From assembly GCA_046563655.1 (NCBI GenBank), contig CM102287.1, positions 7,688,001 through 7,752,000 of the forward strand: a DNA stretch of 64,000 bases. The letters run 5' to 3'. Of the stretch, positions 1-12,405 are shown piece by piece. A model generated the notes under the pieces. It searched no databases. It saw nothing but the letters and a program-made list of their open reading frames with translations, and was not told where the DNA came from. Position 1 is the stretch's first letter. Every line of letters begins with the position of its first letter. The DNA comes from Yuukianura sp. NJ FZ-2021. Its lineage: Eukaryota. Both the position numbers and the translations under genes were made by a program.

Positions 1-999
1 TCGTACTTTATGCGCTTCTCCTTGGCGTTTTTGAATATGGACGAATTTCTGTCCCACTGGGTCAGACGTTCGTCCTTCCAGAAGATCTGCAAGTTGTACT
101 CTATAACCAATTCCTGAAATATTTTCAAAAATACAGTCCCCCACTTTTTTTAAAAATAAAAAGAGTTTTCAAAATTCATGGTAAAGTTCATTGGAAGTTG
201 CGGTTGCTGAAAAACGTTAAACTTTCAAATGCTTGAAGTTTGGCGCCGATTGATGCTTTCTACGTCAGTGTTTTGGATTGATTATTTATACATTAGGTTA
301 ACTGGTAATCCAATATGCTTTGTTAAGTTAGTTTTTAGATTAGGTTAGTTAGCCTAACTTTGCAATTAAGCAATTAACCAATTGAATTACCTCTTCCACT
401 TCATTGATGTCTCTAATATCCACCAACAGTATGTAAAAATCCACTTGAACTGGCCCTCCTGAATCAAAAAACAAAAACAAAAAAAACTTTTTTCTGAAAA
501 TAATTTTTCATTTTTTAATTTTGGTGTGAAAATTAATGCCAGAGCAGTTAGGATGATTGTACTTACCTTCTTTTGGTCTTGGCGGAATATCCTTGTTGTA
601 CGAATCAGTCAGTGTGATCAGTGGATACCTGTCGTACACTCCAGACGATTTAACTCCATTATTTTCAGTTTCACCAGACGCGGTAAATTTTGAAGCTTCA
701 CCAGCACTGCTTTCTCCCGTAACAGTTTCATTGTCCGCCATTTTATGGTGAAGCGTCCCCGGAGTTGGCATGGGCAGCGTCGCTAATCTCTCAGACTCCA
801 GAATATTTGCCACTTTGAAACCCGGAGTAGGTCTTCTGTCTAGTAAAACCGCCGGAGGCGTCACTTTTCCTTCCAGAATAATATCGGCTACTCTGACTCC
901 AGCGATGACGTCGAGCGACGACAGCATCACCGTCAAAAATGTCGCCATGACTGGCCAATGTCGCTGTCGCTGGAACTTGACGCTCTGGAATTTTTCCAT
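1..999 (-). CDS. Cys-loop (pentameric) ligand-gated ion channel subunit, 5' part; runs off window start
   Basis: Exons 999-567, 458-391, 113-<1 join in frame via GT-AG: ...LTDSYNKDIPPRPKEG|GPVQVDFYILLVDIRDINEVEE|ELVIEYNLQIFWKDERLTQW. Y-x-K-x-x-P-P, PVxV and the WxDxRL motif match the Cys-loop extracellular-domain N-terminus. Hydrophobic signal-like stretch MATFLTVMLSSLDVIAG. Confidence 0.85.
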
Positions 1000-2410
1000 A
1001 ATCTTCAGTGGTAGAAGTAACTGTCTCGCTGGCTTTCGGATTCAAACTGACTAATTATTCGTTTTGTTCTTGAATAAGGTGATCTTGACCAAAGCTTAAA
1101 ATTTGAAACGGAGAAAGTAGTGGAATGGCTAGGCTGAGCGGTTGGAGAGTTAGCGCGCTCTTATTGGAGAAAGGACGCAAATAATGTGTCATGGACGTCA
1201 TAACACAGTTTCCAGTGCCCCTTTGTTCTTTGAATTATGATCCAAAGTGTCCAGAAACTTTACAATTTCCATGTTTTAAACTTCCTCTGCTCTAAAAACT
1301 ATGTTCAGGAAGGTTAATCTAAAGCTAATGTAGAATGTTGCAGAAAGGGGCTGACCTGACACGACCATTACTAAAAAGGAGGAACATCAATCAAATTAAG
1401 CGAAACCGGACAGACTGCAATGAAATTTGTTTTGCGTGTTTCGTTTAGGTTAGGGTGCTGTTAGTAGGCTAGCATTTTAAAGCCTAAAATTTTGGGTTTT
1501 AGGTTTTAGATGATTTAAGATTAGAAATGTAGAGTTTCGTGCTACTGGGTTATTTAACCAAGAGAAATTAGCTTTCCTGCTTAAAACTCGGAATTTAAAT
1601 CAACCCGCTTTCTGAAATGTCACCAAATTGGTCTCTGGAACCTGAACTTCCACTTATGACATTCATTTCCATTTGTTAGGCTTAAACCTAAACCTTGTTT
1701 CCAGGAAAGTTAAGGCTAACCTAAGCTTGTGTAATGGACCTCATTCCTTATTTTAGCACAGCTCATGCGATTTTTACTTTTTTTTTCATGTATTTTTGTT
1801 GGGTTTTTGACGCCTCTGTTTTTTTGCTAATTTAAAAATGTGCCAATGTGGCAATTTTTTATCTGATTCGAGTCTATTAAAACTCGCAACCTGTTGCTAA
1901 AAAATATCCTGCAATTTTGTAACATAACATGTCAAGATGCAAGAGAAATTTGGTCATTTGCGAAAAAATGAGACTTTTTTTTATCGTTGTTGCGAAATGG
2001 TATTTCTGAAATCACGAATGCATTTTAGTGGACTACTGGGAAATCCATTAATTTAACGAATTTCTTTTAACATTTTTCTCGTCTTTTATCATTTTTGTCG
2101 TTTTCACTGTCAAGTTGTTTTCAAATTGTAATAAAAATGTAATGAATAATTACACACCGAAGTAGGTACTTCTACTATAAAGTAAAAAGAAGTGAAATTT
2201 TGCAAAGTGTTACCACTCTACTTTGTACAACCATGTAACTTTTTAATTATAACTAACAATACCTGTTTTGTGCCAAAACATTTTTGCAGCATAACTTGCT
2301 AATATCATACCGCAAAGCTACGCTAAACAAATGTCAACATTGACACAAACAGGAATGTCCAAGAGATGAACAGCAGAAATAGGAAGCCGCTCCTCTATTT
2401 ACAAAAGATA

Positions 2411-3087
2411 CCGTAAAATTCCGTACAGATTAACCAGGTTTTGAAACAATGTTTGTCTTCCATACGTTTTTTCAACTTATTTTGCTTTTCTGAATCATGT
2501 TTTAAAATTAATTTTGGAAAGTTAGAAACGTTGTCAATTTCCTTTTGCCTTCCGTTATACAAATGCCCATAACGTCACGTTCTAGAAAATTAACAAATAC
2601 TCACTTAAGACAACTAAGTCTAAAGTGACGCTAAGTTTGAATTTCCCGCTCACTAGAATTCAAAAACTGAGCCAAATTCAAATATAGCGTCAGTTTTCTT
2701 TATAGAGACGAAAATAGAAAAAAATTCATAAGTATTTAGCGAATGAATAGAATCAAAAGTGACGCTTAGTTTGAATTTCCCGCTCAACAGAATTCAAAAG
2801 CGTAGCCAAATTCAAATGTAGCGTCGGTTTCCTTATAGAGACGAAAATAGTGTCGTGTAGCAATTTTGAAATCTAAAAGGACGCTAACTTCGAATGTCCC
2901 CGCTCAAAGCAATTTAAAAACTGACCCAAATTCGAATATAGCGTCGGTTTGCTTATGACCACGAACATTTTAGTTTTCAAAATCAAGTAACCCGAAAATA
3001 TTTTTAAAAAAATGAAAAGAACAATTGAAACCAAATTCAATTAAGCAACCTTTTATTACTCGATGATCACTATTTGGAATTTTACGG
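2411..3087. mobile_element. Putative non-autonomous TIR element (MITE; Tc1/mariner-pogo/Tc2-like CCGTA ends)
   Basis: TA-CCGTAAAATTCC at 2409-2422 and its exact reverse complement GGAATTTTACGG-TA at 3076-3089 (12-bp TIR plus TA duplication). No ORF; encloses the hairpin repeat array. Confidence 0.55.
2622..2956. repeat. Three diverged copies of a ~95-bp unit, each containing a ~65-bp imperfect inverted repeat
   Basis: Units at ~2622-2717, ~2756-2850, ~2876-2956 (third truncated). Each reads GACGCTwAsTTyGAAT...CCCGCTCA...AAATTCrAATrTAGCGTC. Confidence 0.9.
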
Positions 3088-6000
3088 TAACTTAAATTCC
3101 ATAAAGATCACTTCACATTCTGATGACATTCTGTTCAAATAATCTTTGTATCTCTTCATTGTTACGTTGTCTCTTTTGTACAAATAGAATGACAGTATCA
3201 AACCATCTATTGCCAATAGTTGTTCACGAGGATGTAACGTAATAAGAATGAATGATGAAAGAGATGTGCATGATTTCTAACGTTTGTGCAGCAGGATTTT
3301 GTGCTTTTGTGCGCTTATGCATGCACGAACGGAGCTTCTTGTATCTTTTGATCTTCATGACACTTGACAGAAGATGAATAATGAAAGCTTTCGAGAGATT
3401 TGCAATGATGAATAATGCAATTGTCTTTTTAATGTGGCTAGACCAGGTTCTCACAACATCCCAGTGTCTATAAAATCAAGGGAGGTCCTCGTGTTCCTAA
3501 ATTCAACAATGTTAGTTTAAAATCCAAGTTTAGGTTACACGGTTGTTGGTTGATTGTTGGTTAAAGTGGTAACAATGTAAAAAATGTAGGAATTTTAGAC
3601 ACCATTGTTGTGTTCTGTGCAGAGAATTGGCAATTGGGACTTTAATTGAATTGAGGGCACTTCATTCATTGGTTGGCTGCAGGCCCCCTTGTGCCCCCTG
3701 CGAACTCATCTTCATCCCACTTCTGAAGATCTTCAGAAATTATCCTAGATGAAACCCGTTCCTATTGTTACTTTTGGTTAACCCATGAAAAAGTATACAA
3801 CGAAGCATTGTCAAGAACGTGATCTTTGGAAGTGCAGTGGGACACGCAGGCAGTATGCTACTACAGGAGTGTTAAAAATTGAAGAAGGGAAGGAAGTTTC
3901 TCAATTTTCAAATTGTGGACACCCCACAAAAACTTGAAGGCCACTTTCGATCAAAACACAGTCACTGTGTAGCATCTTACCTACGACGACGGTAGTAAGT
4001 AAGATTCAAGAGTTAAAGATTTGGCAATTAAAAAGTTATGCTTTTGGTGCTGCATCTTTTGCACAAAAGTTTTCAGTGTAGGCGTCAAATATTGTGAACG
4101 ACAAAAGCGTCAACTTTCGAACTACCCAACTTGTGCGTTTTTTCCACTTCAATTATTCAAAGTGAAAGTTTTTGCAAAAATTGGCAAATTGGTGGAAACT
4201 TGCAGAATTTGCAATATTTGCGAATGGTGAATTTCGGTTTGATGCAAAATTTTAAAATTTTACCGCCACCTACTAAAAATTTTGGAAGTGAGTTCAGAAT
4301 TTCCATTTTGATAAAACTAGATCGCTTGCTTTGTCGCTTTTCTGATGCATTTCTTCGAAGCGAATTTTCTCTGAAACAAATTTTTATCAATCTTTTATTT
4401 GATCTTTTTTAACAATCTTTTTAAATTTAGTTGTCAAAAATCAAAAAACTTTGCATTGTTTTCTCGTTTGGAATTCGGAAGTTCTTGTGTAAACCACAGA
4501 ATGCATGTGCATTTCATTTTTAGTGCGCAATTTCTTGAGAAGGTAAAACTAAAAAGTAATTCAAACTATTTTGAAGTTGTTTTTTCCGCTTCAGGCTTTT
4601 TCAAAATGTGTCAAGAAAGTAATTATAAAGCAACCAATTCCAGGACAAATTATGACAAAGTAGAAGCCGCCGCAGTTGACGTCCTTAAACCACCAAAATT
4701 TGGAAACATTTTCCTCCAAGCTAAAAATTATTCTCAACAGTCTCGCATTTTCTGAAAAGCTTTTGAAATAGTTTGAGAATGTATGAAAATGTTGTGTATG
4801 CCTGGTCATGCGAATTGCCAAATAAGTCCTTAGAAAATGAGATCATAAGTGTTGTGTTTTCTGCATGAATTAACTTTTGAGCAACACACACACGCTTCTT
4901 AATCCAGCTCTCAATCTGCACTAACATTTAGTCCTTTGTTAAAATCCACAAAACCACAGGAACTATGCCTCAACTTTGTTTTTCAACTTTCTTTTGTTTT
5001 GCGTCTCTTGTATTTTTGCAAACTGAAAACCTCCTTGACTGGCAACTGGCCTAGTCTGACGTCTTTCTCACCTACATGCAAAGGTGTGATTTATTATTGC
5101 ATTTATTTTTGGCACAAATCAAGCCACAGGTCATGCTTCGCCTGATTTACAGTCCAAGACCTACAGATTTTGCTAAGGGTGAAGAACATGGCACAACTTT
5201 CACTCGGTATAAATAATTTCCCGTTTGCGTTTAAAAATATTAGAGAAATGTTGGAGTTGTTTGGTTCTATCATTTGTAGCATTTTTGAACTCACGTTTTA
5301 ATCCTTTTTGTTGCAATTTTTTGTTTTCGCAAATCACGGAAAAAATTTGCTGAAATCAGCGAAACTTCGAAATTTGTGCAAAGTGCAACGGCTAGAAAAT
5401 TTTAGTTTTTCTGAACACAATCACATCAATTTCCACACACACACAAACAAAAAATGAAAAATTTCTCTCCAAAACAGCACAACTTTTGTGTAGATTGGCG
5501 AGTGGAGACTTAATTTTCTTTAAGTTTTATTTCGAAGTATTGGACTTTCTGAAAGTTTTGAATTTCCGAGCTTTCTTTTTTCAATTGAAGGATGTAGGAC
5601 TCATGGTTCTTTTTGTTTAGAAGAGATTGAATGAATGTGTTTGTTATTGATAATAGTTAAGTGGTATCAATGACTCCAGAAGAATTTCGGGATGTTTCCG
5701 GAAATGGTGCTTCCCCATGAATCTTTTAGGTTCAACTCAAAAGCTTCGTTTTTACTTGACAATTTTTAGATAAAAAGCTTTTGACACTTATAAAAGTGGC
5801 ACGTACGACTCTGTTTAGATTTGAAGTGGAGGAAGTGAGAGTTCTATAGAACCTAGGAACTGCAGCGTCCTTTCATGGAATTGCATGATTTCGTGTCTAG
5901 CTCTAGTGGATTTTTTAGATTCGCTGGAAGTGGTCAACTTAGTCCACTTCAATTGACTTGATTCGGGGCAATACACGACCACATTATGTGGAGGGCTAAA

Positions 6001-7563
6001 GTGGCTAAAAAGTTGAGTCAAATGAAATCTTTCCGTGAATAGGACTATGACGTGACGACTATTTTTTCACATTTTGCTGTTATTTTTTTGTTCATTCAGT
6101 CTTCGTGCAGCCTTCGGCTCAATAATTTATCGTCCTCGCAGCAGTCAACTTGTAAAATTTTTTTGTAAAAACTAAAATTTTGAGTGTTGAGCTTTTGGTG
6201 GTTTTAAATTTCGAGTTTTGCAGTAGTGAAAAATTGGAAGCGTTTTTGAAAAATTTGGAACTTTTTGTACAAGCTGGTAAGGAATAAGTTTTTTTTTCTT
6301 TTTTTTTAATACAAAATTTCAAAACGTAAACTTGAAAAATGGGATAGGAAATAATTTTGGTAGGTCATGGGGTTAGTCTTAAGGACAATAATTTAAAAGT
6401 TTGAAGCTAGGTCAATTGGCTGTTGGTTGAAGTGGAGACGTGCGATTCCTGAATCGTGCATGCAGGAATTCACATCTTGTGAGGGGCATTACATTGTTGA
6501 AATTAATTAGATCACAAGAGCAAAGCACTTCAGGAAAAAAAAATCAGAACATTTTCAAGATCACTTTTTTCTCTTCACTGAAAAAGCCCTCAATTTCAAT
6601 GTACATTTTTCGCATGCTTACGGCTCAATTCAAAACTTAATTCAGAACCAAAAAAAGATTGTAAAAACAGAATTGAAAGAAAATGGAAGAAAACCCGCAC
6701 CGCTAAAGCATATCTGAACAACTCCCGGCGAAAGTATTCACAATCGATGAACTATCGGAGGTTCGTAAAGCAAAATCGCAAGACTTAAACGATTTTAATA
6801 TTTGTGGCTTCGAAACTTGACACATTGGAATTCTAAAAAAATGAAACTTTCATTTCATAATTTTTCAATTCTTCGCAATTTAGTGTTTTCACCTGCGTAT
6901 TATTCTTCAAGGTATCAAATTGTTAAAAATTTGTTGATTTTGTAAAGACATCAGAAGTAAGAAAGAACGAAATGTTGTGAATTGTAAAAAAGTTCAAAAC
7001 GTTCAGTTCAAACGAATTGAAATAAATACACTGATACATGTTTTCAGCAAAAAAGGTTACTTAAATACATAATGTAATACACAAAGTAAATGCAAAGAAG
7101 TGGAAACGTTGAACCGGGGAAACCATTCCAAGATTCTTACGAGAATCTGAAACTTTCAGACGCACTACGAAAGTTTTTGATTGCTCTACCGTTTTTAACT
7201 GTGAACTTTTTCGTAACATTTTGGTGCTTCTTTCTATGAACCGTAAACGATGGTGGCTCAAGTTCTTTTGAAAACGAAGCTTAACTTTTCTCAAAAGAGA
7301 TAACGCCTAGCTTTAGAAAAAATTTGGGCAATAAATGTGCAAAAAAGAAGACGAAGCAAAGAGATAATTTGTTGCAGAAACTATTTCATGCGAGGATTTT
7401 TTTTAATCCGATTTCTTTTTTGATGGTTACAGAAGCTGTCATTTATCATTGTTGTCAACGCTGTGATTTTTCTTCATAATTTCAATCTAAAATCTGGAGA
7501 TCTGAAGATCTGTTGAAGGCCTATTATTAGTAACCTCAACTTTCCAAATCTTTTACCAAAAAG

Positions 7564-9644
7564 ATGACTGCCAAAACTCCACGAAGTGGAACGACTCGGC
7601 CAGTAGTGGGCACTTCAGTCACTGTCAGTCAAGGAACAAGAACTCGATATCTGTTCCGTGACACAGCCTACAGTAGAGGAGGGCCTTATGAGGTCAGTTC
7701 AGAAATTGGCAGTACTTTTGAACCAAGTCATCATCAGATTACTAGAGGAACTGGACATTCTGCAACACTGCGCTACCAACCGACTTCGGACATGCCTGAC
7801 ATCTCGGCTACGCTCAATCCAAAACGGGTCTCAGTGGCTACGTCGACGTTCTGGGAAGGTCACCCTGACGTAAGTGCTAAGCGCATGCTCATGTCAAGTC
7901 AGACATTTGCGCATTTCGTGCATTTGCGCATATCTATTGTAGGTTAAGTTAATGTTAAAGGTCATTTTAACAGTGAACGTAGTGGAAGTAACTAATAATT
8001 GTTTACAATATGCATAATTGGTCATTGTCAATTTCACTTTCACTGTGTGAGTCACTAGGACTAATTTGGAAATCGGCCTTCACTCATTCACGACAGCAAT
8101 TGGAAAAGCAATTCCAATTTTACAGTTCGAAAAAGTTTTTAAATTACTGAATTACTCTAACGAGAAGTTGAAAATCATGATATTGGCGAGTGACCCAACA
8201 CTTTTTGAATAACGAAATATTCTTCAAGTCCAAACTCCAAATTTTTGCAATTTTGAAATTGTAAAATTCATCAACAAAGTTTGAAAATGTATTCATCAAG
8301 TGACGGTCGTGAAAATGAAGCCGAATACTCTGAAAACGATTTCATTTTCAGTGAATTTCCAAGTTTGGAAGTTTGTGGAACGCAGTCGTCAGTGACTTTG
8401 AATCTTGAGGTTGACAAAAACGTGTTACAGCAAGTCAATTTCGGAAATTTTAAGATAGCTAGTGTTAGAATTTTGAAGTTTTCAAGTATCTGAAGCTCTT
8501 TTTCAAAATTTTTGGTTTTCAGATGGCCCATCTTATAAACAGTATCGGTACAGAGCATATGAAAACGCAAAAAGATGACTCCAGCGACCCAGAAAATCGG
8601 AAACAATCGCTGTGGGGCAGTGGTGCAGCGATGGCCAATTGGGGCTGGGGTGATCCGCCAGCATTGAAGAAAGGAATTCTGCTGCAACTGAAAGAAAAAC
8701 ATTTTTTGGCACGCTGGAAAGAGCGTTACTGCATTTTAACACGTGATTACATTCACTGCTTCCGCCGCACAACGAGCATTCATAGGTCAGGCGTCAGATT
8801 ATCTGAAATGGGAAACTTTATTTTCAAGGTAATGAACACATTTTCTTAAATTTCATATAAATTCGTCTCTTTATTCAAAATTTTGAAAATTTGTTACGAA
8901 TTTCAGTTGAGACTTGCGGATATCGAAGACATTCAACTAGAAAAACGACGCGTCGGTACTGTGATATCGCTTGTGCTTCCGAACGAACCCAAAATCCTGT
9001 TCAAAGTGATCGGCGACGATTCCGAATCTACGCAGCAATGGTTCACGCTCCTCCAAGAATGCTTGTACACCTCAAAAGAAAGACGACACGCGCTCCGAAC
9101 TTTGCATTCCTCCGGTACCGAAGCCCTCCGAACCCAAAACCGACATTCTTTGTCCGATAGCTCACCGACCAGCACAAATTCTTCGTCTTCTTCCAGCCCC
9201 GATCCGGAAAAAGACCGAGAAGTTTCAATGGCCTTTGACCAGCCCACCAACATCTCCAAAGTAGTTGACGGAGTAGTCCTGAGGAGGGATTTGACCAGAA
9301 GAGGAGCTAGTCAAAACCGTGACCTTAGACCGGGATCTTCCAACCGACACTCAATGTCGATTGCTACCGAAGAGTTCCGAGGAAGTACGGACGAGTTGGA
9401 ACTGAATCTTCCCAGAATTTCGAAAAGACCGGAGTCTTGGGCACCTCAAGCTCCAATGACTTACAAAACTCCGACAATTGTTCCTTGTCCTTCAGCATCT
9501 TGGCTAAACAGTGCAGGAAATCAGCGACGAAGCATCGCTGCACCAATGCCGTCCTATGCTGCACCAACTTTCAGTCGAGCTTCACAACATCTTTACTCTA
9601 CATCAAGACATACGTCAGAAATCACTTTTCGAAAAATGAGCTAA
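7564..9644 (+). CDS. Pleckstrin-homology (PH) domain protein with Ser-rich disordered flanks
   Basis: Exons 7564-7869, 8523-8828, 8907-9644, all phase 0. PH signatures: LKKGILLQLKEKHFLARWKERYCILTRDYIHCF and C-terminal helix STQQWFTLLQECL. Confidence 0.8.
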
Positions 9645-9992
9645 AAATTCACATTTTTAAAAAATAAACTTCCAGATTCAAACGTAAATTGAAAAACTTA
9701 TTTCCCAAAGCCCAGTTTGTGGTTGGAAATCGAAATCTGCTTTCATTTGCTTGGTGCTTTTCATTTGGAAATCGACAATCTGAATTTTCAACTTTTGCAA
9801 CTTTTTGTCACCACGGTAACTATTAGTTACCTGGTTTTGGTTTCACAAACAAGTTCGAAAGCAAGCAAGCCCTCGCAGTTTTTTTTTGGTCACACTCCAG
9901 CCAACTTTGCTCCTCCGAGGAAGCATCTCACTGTCGTCGTCGTCGTCAATTTTTGAATCTTTTCTAAAATTTGAGTGATTGAACAAGTCGGA

Positions 9993-11076
9993 ATGGCTGA
10001 AGACACTGATCGAGCTGAAATTCGTCAAGCTTTGGACCGATTGTATGCGTACTCAGATGAACTAGATGAAACTTGGCCGGAAGGAACGTCGAAGGCCGAC
10101 GCTAAGACGTGCTTCTACAACATACGGGAAGAATGCTTCATGTTGTATGAAGACCGACTTACTCCTTCTAGTCTGGAGCGACTGGAGGAAGAATGCGGGA
10201 AGGCTGCCAACATGTGGACTCAGTTACCCACAGAGTCCAAAACTGAAGTCATGATGAAGTTGTATGACCGGTTCAGAAACGCTCGGAACCGTGTGGTGCT
10301 GAGTGTGTAAGTTTTTCCAATAAACCAATTTTGACCAATAAACTTGTAACAGAAAAATGCTTCGTGTGTTAACATATTTTGGACTTTTGTAATCTTGCAG
10401 TGGTATCTACGTCGAGTCGCACCCCGAAGAGGAGGATAGACCGCCAATGGATATGTTTGAAACTTTACGTAGTTTCTTAGAAATGTTTGACGCACGCGAA
10501 GATTTTTCAAATGTTACACCCGAAATGGAAGCAAAGATGCGTCAATGGGCCACGGAACGAAACATGACTCTGGTCGAGGGAATTCCTCTACACATTCAAA
10601 TCACGAGTAGAGTTTTGTTGAGTACGATCGTAGTGGTACTTCAAGACAGTCGTCGTATCAATGAAGAGATTCGACAAATTCGACAACTTTATTCCAATCA
10701 AAATGCTGATGACGATGAAATCGAAGAATCGGATGTCACGGAAAATCAAATCAACGCAACAGAAAACAACCGAAATCAAACCAGCGAGGTAATGCACAAT
10801 GACGAAATCATCGTAGCGGATGTCCCGATTCAGGCTCCGGATCCAGAGGGGATTCCCAGCTCCAGCATGACTTCCGAAGCACCGTCGACATTTACGACGT
10901 CAACTGTTGCGTCACAGATGACGACATCAAGCCACAGTCGTACTCCATCGACTCTGTCGGAATCATCTGACCTTGAGATGTCGGAAGACGAAAGTCCACC
11001 ATTGACCTCAGGTCAACCAGTCAAGCGGAAGGCCCGTCAAAATTCAAAACCGAAACCAAAGAAAGCCAAAAAGTGA
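9993..11076 (+). CDS. Hypothetical protein: helical N-terminal region, acidic/Ser-Thr-rich tail, basic C-terminal NLS
   Basis: Exons 9993-10306 and 10401-11076 join in frame (phase 2, GTAAGT...TTGCAG). Ends PVKRKARQNSKPKPKKAKK. No family recognised. Confidence 0.7.
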
Positions 11077-12405
11077 TCAAGACCCGAGTTGCGTCGAACC
11101 CAAAACAAAATTGTTCAACAAAAAACAAGCACTTCTGTACTAATAGATACTTTTAAAACTTGCAAACTGATACATAAATTCATAATTAAACATTGTCTTC
11201 ATGATTTGGTAGTCGAAGACCGACGAAAACGATACTTCAAAAAAGAAAACTTTTCAAAAGATACAAGTTTGAATTATGAAAAAAATTATTGAAATCACGT
11301 TTTTCTGTGTAGTTCAAGGTAATAGTTAGGAAATAATGTTTTGCACCAGACAATCCGGAAACAATTCACACCTTTGCCTTAATGGTTCATGTTGAAACAG
11401 GATCTAAAAAGTATAATTCGCATCTTCTTGAGGTAGTCACTACAAGTATACATTTATGCTGCTCATGTTTAACTTTTTTTTATTTAGTTTCCTCACGAAA
11501 AGCAATTGCTCAATCAGTTAACCTTGGACTGGACCAGGAAAACAATCAATTTTTTAAAGTTTGTTGTCAGAATGTCCAAACTGACCCTCCAGTGTGCTTA
11601 CAACTGTCGAAAAAATAAAAGTGAGGTTAGGTAAGTTACTTTTTATAAAAGCAGAAAAAATGGAGATTAATTGGTCAAGTGAGAATTTCCTCATCAATGT
11701 TAGCTTTATTGTGGTGACTAAACAATAACCAATGGCCAACAATTTACAAAGCTTCTACAGTATCTTATGCTGCCAAGTGAAGCATTTAGTTCTATGCAAA
11801 ATATTTTTGTGTAAAAGTCCAAAACTTGTTATGTTTCCTTGAGATGCTGAGAATTCAAGTTCTGCAATTTCAGTTTTTGTTAAAAGTTGAACAGTTCATG
11901 TTTTAGCTAATGATTTGAAGAGGCTAGGGAACTAACCAATTTGATAATTATAGGCTTTATTTATAAATTAGAGAAACGATTAATGAAAAGTTGAAAAAAC
12001 GTGAGAGGAAGTTTTGACTTTGGAAATTAGCAAGATCAAAGTCAAGGTGGAAGGAAGTAGACTTTACAAGGGGGTGGAGAAACAACAAAAATGGCAAAGT
12101 GTGTACAAGTTTTGAATTTAGAATACTAGAACTCCATTTTATTCCGGAAACTACTTAAGATGGAAAAATTATACTAAAAGGAATGACTATAAAAATGATG
12201 CAGTTGGCCTTAGCAGTTCCAGTTTAACTTTGATAGTTCGCAAGAACAGTCAGAGTATAGACATTAATTTTCGCAAATTCCAACAATTTCTCTTGTGCTT
12301 TAGGTCTTAATTTTACAAAAAAGATTTTGCACACAGAGTTAGTTTTGGATTTTTTGCAATTTTTTGAAAAGCTTTTTCAAATAGTGCCATAAATTGAAAT
12401 TCAAA

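Noticed and set aside
2622..2956. Palindromic repeats with unique linkers resembling a CRISPR array
   Set aside because: Units are ~95 bp and diverged, only three copies, unequal linkers, no cas genes, eukaryotic intron-containing context.
7658..7873. Alternative-frame helical-looking ORF in PH gene exon 1
   Set aside because: Non-ATG start, and its phase at the 7870 donor does not fit the next exon, whereas the 7564 frame does.
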